Below are positions 56,143 through 64,000 of a DNA stretch of 64,000 nt, in pieces; position 1 is the first letter of the stretch; each line of letters opens with the position of its first letter. A program made the position numbers and the translations under genes. The notes under the pieces are model-generated. The model ran no database searches. It was not told where the DNA came from and saw only the letters and a list, made by a program, of their open reading frames with translations. Source of the stretch: Candidatus Saccharimonadales bacterium (GTDB taxonomy: Bacteria; Patescibacteriota; Saccharimonadia; Saccharimonadales; JAYRRP01); NCBI GenBank assembly GCA_041906765.1, contig JAYRIP010000004.1:132342-196341 (forward strand), in the 5' to 3' direction.

Positions 56143-57906
56143 CTAGAGTTTGCGTTCTACCATCTCCGTGGTAAATAACTCTACTTGGTCACCCTCAAGA
56201 ATCTCTAACTTTCCTTCGGTAGTAAGGCTTAGGCCACATAGCTCACCTTCAACTGCCTCTTTTACATCTTGTGGCCCTTTTTTCAAATTGGTCAGTTCGG
56301 CTTGCGCTATCACCTCTCCGTCTCTGACAATCCGGGCATTAGTCGGCACGCGCAACTTCCCTGAGATAACTTCACCCCCACAAATAACTTGGGTCTTTGT
56401 TGTCTTAAATACACCTTTAACCACCAGTTTTCCCTGTTCTGTTTCGACAATCTCAGGAGCTAATAAATTGCTCAGCTCTTTCTTGACGTCATCAATAAGC
56501 TCATAAATTACGGTAAACAACCTGACCGACACCTTATCCCGACTCGCTAGCCGCTTAATATTTGGTGGTAATTGCACGTGGAAACCATAGACAATAGCCC
56601 CACTTGTATGCGCCATACGGATGTCATTTTCGGTGAGTGCACCGACTCCTGTTGACACGACACGTGTAGTCACCTCGTCAGTATCAAGCGTACGTAAACT
56701 GTCAACTACTGATGTAACCGAACCCTGTACATCAGCGCGGATAATGACTGGTAATTCACTTACTTCCCGTTTGCGGTTAATAAGCTTTAGTAATTCACTG
56801 CTACCCAGATCGCTACGGCTGCCTGACTGCGCAGCTTGTCGTTGCGCTTCAGAGGCTTGTTGTCTAGCTGACTTTTCATCTTTTACAACATTAAAGGCAT
56901 CACCAAACGACGGTAAAGACTTAAAACCGGTAACTATAACTGGGGTAGAAGGACCTGCTTGTGTAACTGGTTCCCTTTGTGTGGATTCAAGGTTACGGAT
57001 TTTAGCATATGTAGTACCTGTAACTACAAAATCACCATTATGAAGCGTGCCTTCTTCTACCAGTGCAATGGCGACTGGTCCCCGCCCTTTTTCCATGTGG
57101 GCTTCAATGATTAAGCCACGCGGAGAGGCCTTCTCGTCGGCAGTAAGCTCTTCTACATCAGTTACTAACAGCACCATATCAAGTAGCTTATCGATGCCCT
57201 GATTATTTTTAGCCGATACTTCAACTACTACAATATCGCCGCCCCATTCCTCTACCAGCAAACCTTCTTCAGACAACTCTTGTTTGACGCGGTTAGGGTC
57301 AGCGCCTTCCTTGTCCATCTTGTTAATTGCAACCACCATTTTAACTCCGGCCTTCTTGGCGAATCGGATAGCCTCTTTAGTTTGTGGCTTTACCCCGTCG
57401 TCAGCTGCGACAACTACTATTACCAAATCCGTAAGTTGCGCGCCATGCTCACGCAGCGCAGCGAATGCTTCATGGCCCGGTGTATCCAAAAAAGTGATAG
57501 CCCGCTCACCATGCGTTACTTGATAGGCAGAAATATGCTGGGTAATACCGCCAGCTTCCTTCTTGGCCACACCAGCACCTCTGATAGCATCCAGTAAAGA
57601 GGTTTTGCCATGGTCAACATGACCCATGACGGCCACCACAGGTGGTCTTGGCGATCCGCCACTGGTTTTCTCGGTACGACGACGTGGGATAGATTCAGTA
57701 CTTTGAGCTGTTTTACGGGTAAGCTCCACATCAAGGCCCAACTCGCCGACAATTATCTGGGCAGTATCGAAATCAATCCGCTCATTGACTGTGGCCATTA
57801 CCCCGTTTTTCATTAACTCTCCGATAAGTCGAGTGACCGGAATCATAAGCTTCTCGGCAAGTATCCCAACGGTCACATGTTCATCGATTTCTATGGTCTG
57901 TGCCAT
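56143..57906 (-). CDS. infB: translation initiation factor IF-2 (short form)
   Basis: G domain VAVMGHVDHGKTSLLD, DTPGHEAF, NKMDK, and C-terminal domains. GGAAAGGAG SD. Confidence 0.97.
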   Translation of the reverse strand: MAQTIEIDEHVTVGILAEKLMIPVTRLIGELMKNGVMATVNERIDFDTAQIIVGELGLDVELTRKTAQSTESIPRRRTEKTSGGSPRPPVVAVMGHVDHGKTSLLDAIRGAGVAKKEAGGITQHISAYQVTHGERAITFLDTPGHEAFAALREHGAQLTDLVIVVVAADDGVKPQTKEAIRFAKKAGVKMVVAINKMDKEGADPNRVKQELSEEGLLVEEWGGDIVVVEVSAKNNQGIDKLLDMVLLVTDVEELTADEKASPRGLIIEAHMEKGRGPVAIALVEEGTLHNGDFVVTGTTYAKIRNLESTQREPVTQAGPSTPVIVTGFKSLPSFGDAFNVVKDEKSARQQASEAQRQAAQSGSRSDLGSSELLKLINRKREVSELPVIIRADVQGSVTSVVDSLRTLDTDEVTTRVVSTGVGALTENDIRMAHTSGAIVYGFHVQLPPNIKRLASRDKVSVRLFTVIYELIDDVKKELSNLLAPEIVETEQGKLVVKGVFKTTKTQVICGGEVISGKLRVPTNARIVRDGEVIAQAELTNLKKGPQDVKEAVEGELCGLSLTTEGKLEILEGDQVELFTTEMVERKL

Positions 57907-57968
57907 GTTCCCGTTCTCCTTTCCTGCTGCCGCTCATCTGTGAGAGGTTTAACGCTCTAAAGCAACTG

Positions 57969-59036
57969 TTACTTCTTGGTATCCTTGAGGCTTAGTGCAA
58001 TTTTGCGGGCTTCCGTATCGATGTCGATAACCTTGAATTGCTTCTTCTCATTCAACTGGAAGATTTTTTCTGGATCGGCACTGTCATCGTCGCTCATTTC
58101 AGATACATGGACAAGTGCTTCGACACTAGGCGACAACTGAACGAAAGCGCCAAAAGGTGTAATGCGAGTTACCTTTCCTTCGACCATCTCGCCTTTCTTG
58201 AATGCTTTGACCTCTTTGAGCCAGGGATCTTCGCTCATTTGTTTTATTGACAAACTGAGACGGTCCTTATCAATCGCGATAATCTTTGCCTTGATCTTCT
58301 GGCCGGTCTTGACGTAATCACGCGGATTTTCAACTCGCTCCCATGATATCTCCGAGATATGCACTAATCCTTCAATGCCATCGACGTTTACGAAAGCGCC
58401 GAAATCGATTACACCGGTGACAATTCCTTCGACATTGTCGCCTACATGCAACTCGGCAAACCGTGCCTGCATATCATCTTTAACAGCCTCTTTCTCTGAG
58501 AAAATCAGCTTGTTATCCTTGCGGCTTAGGTCAAGGATCCTAACACGCAAATCCGTATTGGTAAGCGCATTTAACTTCTGGAGTATTTCATCTTTATCCG
58601 CCCCTGAGACTCGGGGATAATGCGCAGGCGCTAACTGGGACACTGGCAGAAAGCCTCTAATTCCTTCTAATTCGATTAGTAGACCACCCCTGTTGGCATC
58701 ATAAGGTGCCACCTCTATAATTTCATGGCTATCGAATACCCTCTGTAGTTCGTCCCAACCACGATCCTTTACCGCCCGTTTCATGCTGAGTAAGGCGTAA
58801 CCCTCTTCAATTTCCGGGTCGACCACGCTAGTGGTTACCTTCTGTCCGGATTCCAGCTTTTGGCCATGACCGATTTCGCGGCGCAGCACCACTCCGATGC
58901 CATTGGCTCCCAGATCAATCCAAACCTCATGTTTCTTTACGGACGTTATCGTCCCTTCGATGACATCGCCGGCTTTCAGTGGCTTCACATCGAAAGCTGC
59001 GAGCAAATCATCCATACTTACTGTTGTGTTTGACAT
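57969..59036 (-). CDS. rpsA: 30S ribosomal protein S1 (four S1 repeats)
   Basis: Four repeats of the G.V..V...GA.V.L......G..H.S motif. GAAGGAGG SD. Confidence 0.92.
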   Translation of the reverse strand: MSNTTVSMDDLLAAFDVKPLKAGDVIEGTITSVKKHEVWIDLGANGIGVVLRREIGHGQKLESGQKVTTSVVDPEIEEGYALLSMKRAVKDRGWDELQRVFDSHEIIEVAPYDANRGGLLIELEGIRGFLPVSQLAPAHYPRVSGADKDEILQKLNALTNTDLRVRILDLSRKDNKLIFSEKEAVKDDMQARFAELHVGDNVEGIVTGVIDFGAFVNVDGIEGLVHISEISWERVENPRDYVKTGQKIKAKIIAIDKDRLSLSIKQMSEDPWLKEVKAFKKGEMVEGKVTRITPFGAFVQLSPSVEALVHVSEMSDDDSADPEKIFQLNEKKQFKVIDIDTEARKIALSLKDTKK

Positions 59037-59170
59037 GTTCTTGCATGCCTCCTTCTAAAAAGTATTTCTATCACACGCTGCGGCGCGTTAAGCACAGGCC
59101 ACCTCCACGCATATGAAAGATTACTCGCCATTATATCTGTTATTACCCAAGGAGTAAAGGGGGTCAGACT

Positions 59171-59998
59171 GTGGTACACTTGAGCCTAGATATGTACGTC
59201 GGAATTGATATCGGAGGGACGAAAGTGCTCATGGCCGCATTCACCAATGATGGCCAGATACGCGAACAGATAAAACTGCCCACACCAAAGATATATGATG
59301 ACCTCATAGCCCTGCTACATACACACACGACCAAGTTAAGTGATCAACGCTTTCAGGCAGCTGGCGTGGCGATTCCTGGCATTGTTGAACGAGAAACGCG
59401 CACGGGTGTTTCATTCGGTAATTTAGGCTGGCACAATGTGCCAATAGGACGTGACCTGGAAAAACGATTAGGGTGTCCTGTAGCAATCGAAAATGATGCC
59501 AAAGCCGGTGCCCTTTCAGAAGCACTATATATCAAGAATGAGTTTAAGCACGTGCTTTATGTAGCTATTGGTACAGGCATCGGCATAGGTTATGTGTCTA
59601 ATGGTAAGATCGAGACAAGCTTCGCCGACCGTGGCGGCAACCAACTCCTCCTTGAGTATAAAGGCCATCTAAAGCCTTGGGAGTCCTTCGCATCCGGAAA
59701 AGCTATAGTGGGGCGTTTTGGCAAAAGGGCCAGTGAAATAACCGACGCAGCGACTTGGAGGAGCATTGCGCACGACTTAGCTTTGGGTATTGTTGAACTC
59801 ATCGCGCTCGTCGAAACGGATGCAGTAATTATCGGTGGAGGCGTTGGATCTTATTTTGATCGCTATGCAAAATATCTGGAAGCAGAAATGCAGAAATATA
59901 CCACTCCTGTCTTGCCGACACCAGTCATTCGACAAGCCAGACATCCCGAAGAAGCAGTTGTGTATGGATGTTACCAACTTGCGAAGGCACTGGTGTGA
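59171..59998 (+). CDS. ROK-family sugar kinase-like protein (no N-terminal HTH, no Cys zinc motif)
   Basis: VGIDIGGTKV, ENDAKAGALSE, IGTGIGIG. The usual CxCGxxGC zinc block is absent (GGNQLLLEYKGHLKPWESFASG). The start is GTG 59171 or ATG 59192. Confidence 0.78.
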   Translation: MVHLSLDMYVGIDIGGTKVLMAAFTNDGQIREQIKLPTPKIYDDLIALLHTHTTKLSDQRFQAAGVAIPGIVERETRTGVSFGNLGWHNVPIGRDLEKRLGCPVAIENDAKAGALSEALYIKNEFKHVLYVAIGTGIGIGYVSNGKIETSFADRGGNQLLLEYKGHLKPWESFASGKAIVGRFGKRASEITDAATWRSIAHDLALGIVELIALVETDAVIIGGGVGSYFDRYAKYLEAEMQKYTTPVLPTPVIRQARHPEEAVVYGCYQLAKALV

Positions 59999-60468
59999 AA
60001 GTTCTTCTTTCAAAACTGCAACGAGACTTCCCTGACCTCTCTTTCAGAGACGGTGCTACTTTTTTGTGGTCACCAAGGCACCACGTCGTGACATACAAAC
60101 AAGCCGCTACCAACTCCGTTGTGGCTCAGTGGTCACTCCTTCATGAGGTCGGACATGCGCTTTTATCTCATCGACACTATGATTCTGATTTTGAGCTCTT
60201 AATGCTCGAGGTTGATGCCTGGGCCAAGGCAGAAGAACTTGCCGAGCAATACGGCCTCGAGATTGATGCCGGCCATATACAAGACTGTCTGGATACCTAC
60301 CGCGATTGGCTTTACCAGCGGAGCACCTGTCCCACCTGCACTCACTGCAGTCTTCAGGAGGACCGCCGAACCTATCTCTGTTTCAACTGCGGCACCTCTT
60401 GGCAGGTATCTAACTCCCGACTTTGCCGCCCTTATCGGCGCACACAAAAAAGAGCCCCAATTTTATAA
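59968..60468 (+). CDS. ImmA/IrrE-like zinc metallopeptidase with C-terminal zinc ribbon
   Basis: HExxH in WSLLHEVGHALLSH, plus CPTCTHC...CFNCG. The alternative start GTG 59995 forms a GTGA overlap with the ROK stop. Confidence 0.6.
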   Translation: MLPTCEGTGVKVLLSKLQRDFPDLSFRDGATFLWSPRHHVVTYKQAATNSVVAQWSLLHEVGHALLSHRHYDSDFELLMLEVDAWAKAEELAEQYGLEIDAGHIQDCLDTYRDWLYQRSTCPTCTHCSLQEDRRTYLCFNCGTSWQVSNSRLCRPYRRTQKRAPIL

Positions 60469-60502
60469 GGGCCCTTTTTTCGCTTTAGTAGCCTAGAGCT
60501 AT

Positions 60503-60700
60503 TTAGACAGCACGTTTTGTGCGTCGGCTAATACGACCACCTTTGGCGCCAGCAATACGTGCCAATTCACGATTGGCGAAGAAGCCACCTGTGCGGCCTT
60601 TTTTGCCGCCCATTGCGCCAATCCGTGCATAAAAATCTGCACCGTATTTAGTCTTGTTGGTTGAGGCAGCAGCTTTGCCGCCAGCTTTGGTACCTGCCAT
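60503..60700 (-). CDS. KGG-repeat general stress protein (YciG/GsiB-like)
   Basis: 65 aa with two degenerate repeats (DFYARIGAMGGKKGRTGG; FFANRELARIAGAKGGRIS). AAGGAG SD. Confidence 0.72.
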   Translation of the reverse strand: MAGTKAGGKAAASTNKTKYGADFYARIGAMGGKKGRTGGFFANRELARIAGAKGGRISRRTKRAV

Positions 60701-60904
60701 AAGATTATCTCCTTAAGCAATACCCCACCCGGTTAATAAAATCCCACCCCTTCTCACCTTAGAAACAAAAAAGGCCCCGTATTACCGGAACCCTCTTTGC
60801 ATTCTTGCGAATATGCTTATGATAGCACTGATTAATGTTTATGTCAATACTTATTCTCCCTGTAGTTGGCCATCTCCGTACCGTCATATTACAATACGTA
60901 AAGT

Positions 60905-61315
60905 ATGGGTATGCTTTTTATAGCTGGTTATATATTACTAGTGGGTATGGCCACTTTTCTTATGAAAGTCGGCCTAAAAACCCTTACTCCCTACCAATTA
61001 AACTTCTTGATGGGAATCGGCATGCTTGTTACTGGCATCCCAGCCTTACTGCTTGCTCAGAAGTCATTTAAAATACCAGCTAAAGAGCTACCTCTTGGTA
61101 TTATCATTGGCATTATGATGGCCGGCGGCTCAATTTTTTTTGTGCTGGCAGTCAATAAGATGTCGGTAAGTGTCGCCTCTGTTTTGGCAGCTACCTACGT
61201 AGCTGTTGTTGTCCTTCTTTCATGGCTATTCTTAAAAGAGAGTTTTGATACGGTCAAGTTACTTGGCCTCATACTGACCTTCGCTGGTGCCCTGGTGCTC
61301 ACATACAAGTCGTAA
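60905..61315 (+). CDS. EamA-like (DMT superfamily) half-size membrane transporter
   Basis: 136 aa with 4-5 TM helices and a single EamA-type repeat (..PYQLNFLMGIGMLV...SVLAATYVAVVVLLSWLFLKE..). Confidence 0.7.
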   Translation: MGMLFIAGYILLVGMATFLMKVGLKTLTPYQLNFLMGIGMLVTGIPALLLAQKSFKIPAKELPLGIIIGIMMAGGSIFFVLAVNKMSVSVASVLAATYVAVVVLLSWLFLKESFDTVKLLGLILTFAGALVLTYKS

Positions 61316-61318
61316 CAC

Positions 61319-61525
61319 TCACGTGATATGGAGGAGCCGCAAAACCGCATGGATGATATATGCTGGCCACACAATGCTCTTGAGAAACGCAACCACGAAG
61401 CCCCAAAAACCCTCTGATAACTGCACAAAGTAGACCAGCGCCCCAATCCAGCCCAAAAAGAACACAAAGCCCGTTGGTCCACTTTTATCGATAACTTTCG
61501 TAGTATTGCCTTTTACCTTTGCCAT
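61319..61525 (-). CDS. small two-TM membrane protein, unknown function
   Basis: 68 aa. AAAGGGGG SD 6 nt upstream. Two hydrophobic helices. Confidence 0.5.
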   Translation of the reverse strand: MAKVKGNTTKVIDKSGPTGFVFFLGWIGALVYFVQLSEGFWGFVVAFLKSIVWPAYIIHAVLRLLHIT

Positions 61526-61578
61526 AACCGCCCCCTTTCTATCTTATTTAAGCATAACCACAGCAATAAAACGCACAA

Positions 61579-61586
61579 TGTATAAT
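61579..61586 (+). promoter_or_regulatory. TGTATAAT promoter element 7 nt upstream of the DUF1801 gene ATG
   Basis: CAATGTATAATtttaggcATG. No SD. Confidence 0.45.
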
Positions 61587-61593
61587 TTTAGGC

Positions 61594-61950
61594 ATGCAGA
61601 GCTATAAAGATATCGATGAATACATCGGCAATTTTCCAGCTGACGTGCGAGCAAATTTACAAAGAATACGCCAAACTATTCAAAAAGCAGCACCCCAAGC
61701 TAAGGAAAATATTAGCTATGGTATTCCAACCTTCACTTTTCATGGTAATCTAGTCCATTTTGCTGCCTATGAGACGCACTATGGCTTTTACCCGGGGTCA
61801 GGACCTATCAAAGAGTTTGCCAATGAGCTTAAACCATACAAAACGTCTAAAGGCACTGTCCGCTTCCCTCTAGATAAGCCGGTTCCATATGATCTGATCG
61901 AAAATATGACTCTCACTGCAGTAAAGCGCAACTTATCTAAAGTGAAATAA
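61594..61950 (+). CDS. DUF1801 (YdhG-like) domain protein
   Basis: DIDEYIGNFPADVRANLQRIRQTIQKAAPQAKENISYGIPTF...HFAAYETHYGFYPG pattern. Confidence 0.78.
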   Translation: MQSYKDIDEYIGNFPADVRANLQRIRQTIQKAAPQAKENISYGIPTFTFHGNLVHFAAYETHYGFYPGSGPIKEFANELKPYKTSKGTVRFPLDKPVPYDLIENMTLTAVKRNLSKVK

Positions 61951-61951
61951 C

Positions 61952-62389
61952 CTACGATTCCTCAGCATCCAAGCTGCGGAGCGCCAGCGCACCTAAAGGA
62001 AATATCCATGTCTCATTTGAGCCATGCCCGTCTCTCTCTTCATGGTTGGGGCTACTTCTTCTCTCAAGTGCTTGTGTAAGTTTACTGTCTTGACCCCTTT
62101 GTCCCTGTGCGGCACGTAATAACTCTACTGTACCTGTCGCAATACCTGGTTCACCAAAAGCCAAGTTCACCACACTGCGCCGTTGAGCTATTCCTATCGC
62201 TTCATCGTGAAGGATAATTGACTGGTCAAATCCAACTGTTAAGCCACCCAATAACTTAAGAGGTATCTGTCCATTAATCTCTTCTGCGTTGTAATTATTA
62301 TACGACCATATGGCAGAGCTCTTCGTGGCTACCTCTGTAGCCCACACTTCATTAATTTCCCCAACTAAGGTTTCTCTTGCCTCTTCCAT
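61952..62389 (-). CDS. hypothetical protein
   Basis: 145-aa ORF with AAGGAGG SD. No motif recognised. Confidence 0.5.
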   Translation of the reverse strand: MEEARETLVGEINEVWATEVATKSSAIWSYNNYNAEEINGQIPLKLLGGLTVGFDQSIILHDEAIGIAQRRSVVNLAFGEPGIATGTVELLRAAQGQRGQDSKLTQALERRSSPNHEERDGHGSNETWIFPLGALALRSLDAEES

Positions 62390-62458
62390 GCTTACCTCCT
62401 TGAAATCTAGATTTATTCTAAGTTTTATCTAGGCAGCAAGCAAGCATAGGCTCTTTTG

Positions 62459-62845
62459 TTATTTTATCTTTTGAAAGAAAACCAGTTTGTAGCCATCAGG
62501 GTCGCGCAGAATAAATTCTCGCCTACCTACCGGTCTATCGTCCGGCATACCATCTGGTTTTAGACCTTTTTTAATCACCTCAGCGTGGAAATCATCTACG
62601 TCATCAACGCTGATACAAAGCCACTCACCTGCTCCACGATTACTTAAGGCTGCTTCTTTTTGGATCTCGACATTATCCTCTCTACTAACGGTCACAAAAT
62701 CTACCCAAAACCAGTTTAAGCGAATCGTGAGACGGTCTGATTCGCGGTTTGCAACCAAAAAACCTAACTTTTCATAAAATTCCTTAGTTCTATCTAGATC
62801 TTTAACAATAAAGACGAGCCCTGAGATGCTTACTAATTTAGTCAT
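62459..62845 (-). CDS. VOC-family (glyoxalase/bleomycin-resistance fold) protein
   Basis: LVFIVKDLDRTKEFYEKLGF...FILRDPDGYKLVFFQ. Confidence 0.8.
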   Translation of the reverse strand: MTKLVSISGLVFIVKDLDRTKEFYEKLGFLVANRESDRLTIRLNWFWVDFVTVSREDNVEIQKEAALSNRGAGEWLCISVDDVDDFHAEVIKKGLKPDGMPDDRPVGRREFILRDPDGYKLVFFQKIK

Positions 62846-62907
62846 GGTCTTATTCTACACTCCCGAGTTTTAGAGCGTATAATTAATCCCATAACAAAGG
62901 AGGATTT

Positions 62908-63306
62908 ATGAGCAAGAACCCAGTAGTACACTTTGAGATGCCGTATAAAGACGCCAAAAGAGTGTCGGAATTTTATGAAAAAGCCTTTGGTTGGAAGATG
63001 AACAAGTTCGGTGAGGAAATGGGTAATTATATCACCGCGCACACCGCTGAAACAGATGAAAACAGTATGGTCAAAACTCCCGGTAACATCAACGGCGGAT
63101 TTTACGACCTCAATATGCCAAATACTACCAAGGAGCCTTCGGTGGTTATTTCTGTACCCGATATAGAGGCCGCCATGAAGGATGTCGAAGCAGCAGGCGG
63201 CAAAATATTGCGCAAGCCAGACATGATTCCTGGCGTTGGTCTGTGGACGGCATTTATAGACTCCGAAGGCAACCGCGTTAGCATCCTCCAGGCTAACAAT
63301 AGTTAG
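62908..63306 (+). CDS. VOC-family (glyoxalase fold) protein
   Basis: VVHFEMPYKDAKRVSEFYEKAFGW...AFIDSEGNRVSILQ. TATAAT (62878-62883) and AAGGAGG SD. Confidence 0.82.
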   Translation: MSKNPVVHFEMPYKDAKRVSEFYEKAFGWKMNKFGEEMGNYITAHTAETDENSMVKTPGNINGGFYDLNMPNTTKEPSVVISVPDIEAAMKDVEAAGGKILRKPDMIPGVGLWTAFIDSEGNRVSILQANNS

Positions 63307-63333
63307 TACAAGTAATTCTTTTACCTGATTTAG

Positions 63334-63999
63334 TTAGTATGAATAGCATGAAAATGAGTGGGAGTATATCCCGGTATCGTAACAATTGGTAATCGTAGGA
63401 GTGTGGGCAATAGGCGCAGGCGTGTAATTATAAGTTGGGTTTGGTGCTGTATCAGCTAACCCCGTCATGTGTCCCTGACCGTTTTGAGCACAGTAATCAT
63501 CACTCTTGTGCGTAAAGCCAGTATATGAGTTTTTGAACTGATCGTTAGTGTAATACCGATAGGACCCATTTGAGCACCACATGTATTGGTATCTTTTCGT
63601 ACCTTGTGCTTTAGTTTCGTTTACGGGGCTCTTGACCGTCTTATCAGAAACTATAGTCTCACTGACTTTTCGTCCAGAAAGCGTTTTTCTGATATGGATA
63701 GTTGTTGCTTTTATACCATTTTCGCCATGCTGCCGAGTCTGCTGCTCACCTAATTCTAAGCTAGAGTCCTGTATATATTCGACATCATAAGGAATATCAC
63801 TGTTGCGAATCTCAGTCCGTGTAAAGGGTACGCGATAATACATCATTGCTCCACTAAACACGAATATAACTAGAGCCAAGAGAGCTATTTCCAGCGGTTT
63901 CGTTGGTAGTAATGACTTAAGTAGAGGCCTGGGGAAAGACTTCCTAGTTTTGCTCTTAGTTGCAGCTTTTTTCGTTTTGCTACGTCTCAGTAGTTTCAT
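63334..63999 (-). CDS. membrane-anchored G5-domain protein with Cys/Tyr-rich C-terminal region
   Basis: A basic N-terminus and one TM, then a G5-like block (YIQDSSLELGEQQTRQHGENGIKATTIHIRKTLSGRKVSETIVSDKTVKSPVNETKAQGTK). The start lies at the window edge. Confidence 0.65.
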   Translation of the reverse strand: MKLLRRSKTKKAATKSKTRKSFPRPLLKSLLPTKPLEIALLALVIFVFSGAMMYYRVPFTRTEIRNSDIPYDVEYIQDSSLELGEQQTRQHGENGIKATTIHIRKTLSGRKVSETIVSDKTVKSPVNETKAQGTKRYQYMWCSNGSYRYYTNDQFKNSYTGFTHKSDDYCAQNGQGHMTGLADTAPNPTYNYTPAPIAHTPTITNCYDTGIYSHSFSCYSY

Positions 64000-64000
64000 G

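Noticed and set aside
60499-60720. An alternative 73-aa minus-strand ORF overlapping the KGG stress-protein gene in another frame.
   Set aside because: The 60503-60700 frame gives recognisable KGG repeats and has an AAGGAG SD. The alternative frame has neither.
60720-60790. A sigma-B-like promoter (GGGTAT with an upstream T-rich box, and two GGTGGG repeats) in front of the KGG stress gene.
   Set aside because: The -35-like element is poor, and its spacing of about 11 nt is shorter than the 13-15 nt of sigma-B promoters. There is no evidence that this lineage has a sigma-B.
60835-61071. A 78-aa plus-strand ORF overlapping the start of the EamA-like gene in another frame.
   Set aside because: The 60905-61315 frame yields regular TM helices typical of DMT proteins and has a TACAAT box 9 nt upstream. 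The alternative frame does not.

Overview
This 64-kb window is very gene-dense. I call about 70 CDS, roughly 85% of them on the minus strand, and several pairs overlap or share stop codons. By eye I found no rRNA, tRNA, CRISPR array, transposase or prophage. The content is core housekeeping: translation factors and r-proteins (rpsB, tsf, frr, rpmA, rpmE, rplU, rpsU, rpsA, infB, prfA, prfB, prmC, hpf), aminoacyl-tRNA synthetases (serS, class I lysK, proS, ileS), division and segregation genes (ftsE, ftsX, a PcsB-like CHAP hydrolase, ftsA, ftsZ, parA, parB), secretion and envelope genes (secA, lepB, LCP, htrA, ctp, rseP, uppS), nucleotide metabolism (pyrG, prs, adk, nrdJ, nrdR), and priA, def, fmt, xseA, xseB. 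Several traits point to a reduced-genome, monoderm-type bacterium, probably Patescibacteria/CPR and Saccharibacteria-like: class I LysRS, a ProRS without the INS domain, short IF-2, EF-Ts and Adk, class II RNR, LCP, a DUF5663-like protein, and loss of pyrH, cdsA and dxr from an otherwise Firmicute-like gene order. This lineage call is inference, since there is no rRNA here to confirm it. The genetic code looks standard, because both RF1 and RF2 are present and TGA is used as a stop. The most notable observations are: (1) a clear heliorhodopsin gene (19760-20581) with its own leaderless-type promoter and no retinal-biosynthesis genes in the window; (2) a T-box leader with an ultrashort Stem I and an AUC specifier upstream of ileS; (3) a recurrent (TGc)TATAnT box 6-9 nt upstream of many start codons, suggesting widespread leaderless mRNAs alongside SD-led genes; (4) a prs gene whose only SD+ATG start is out of frame with the conserved body; (5) an ORFan plus a (CT)7 tract splitting the normally fused prfA-prmC pair. 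Product calls rest on motifs I recognise in the supplied translations. No database search was run.
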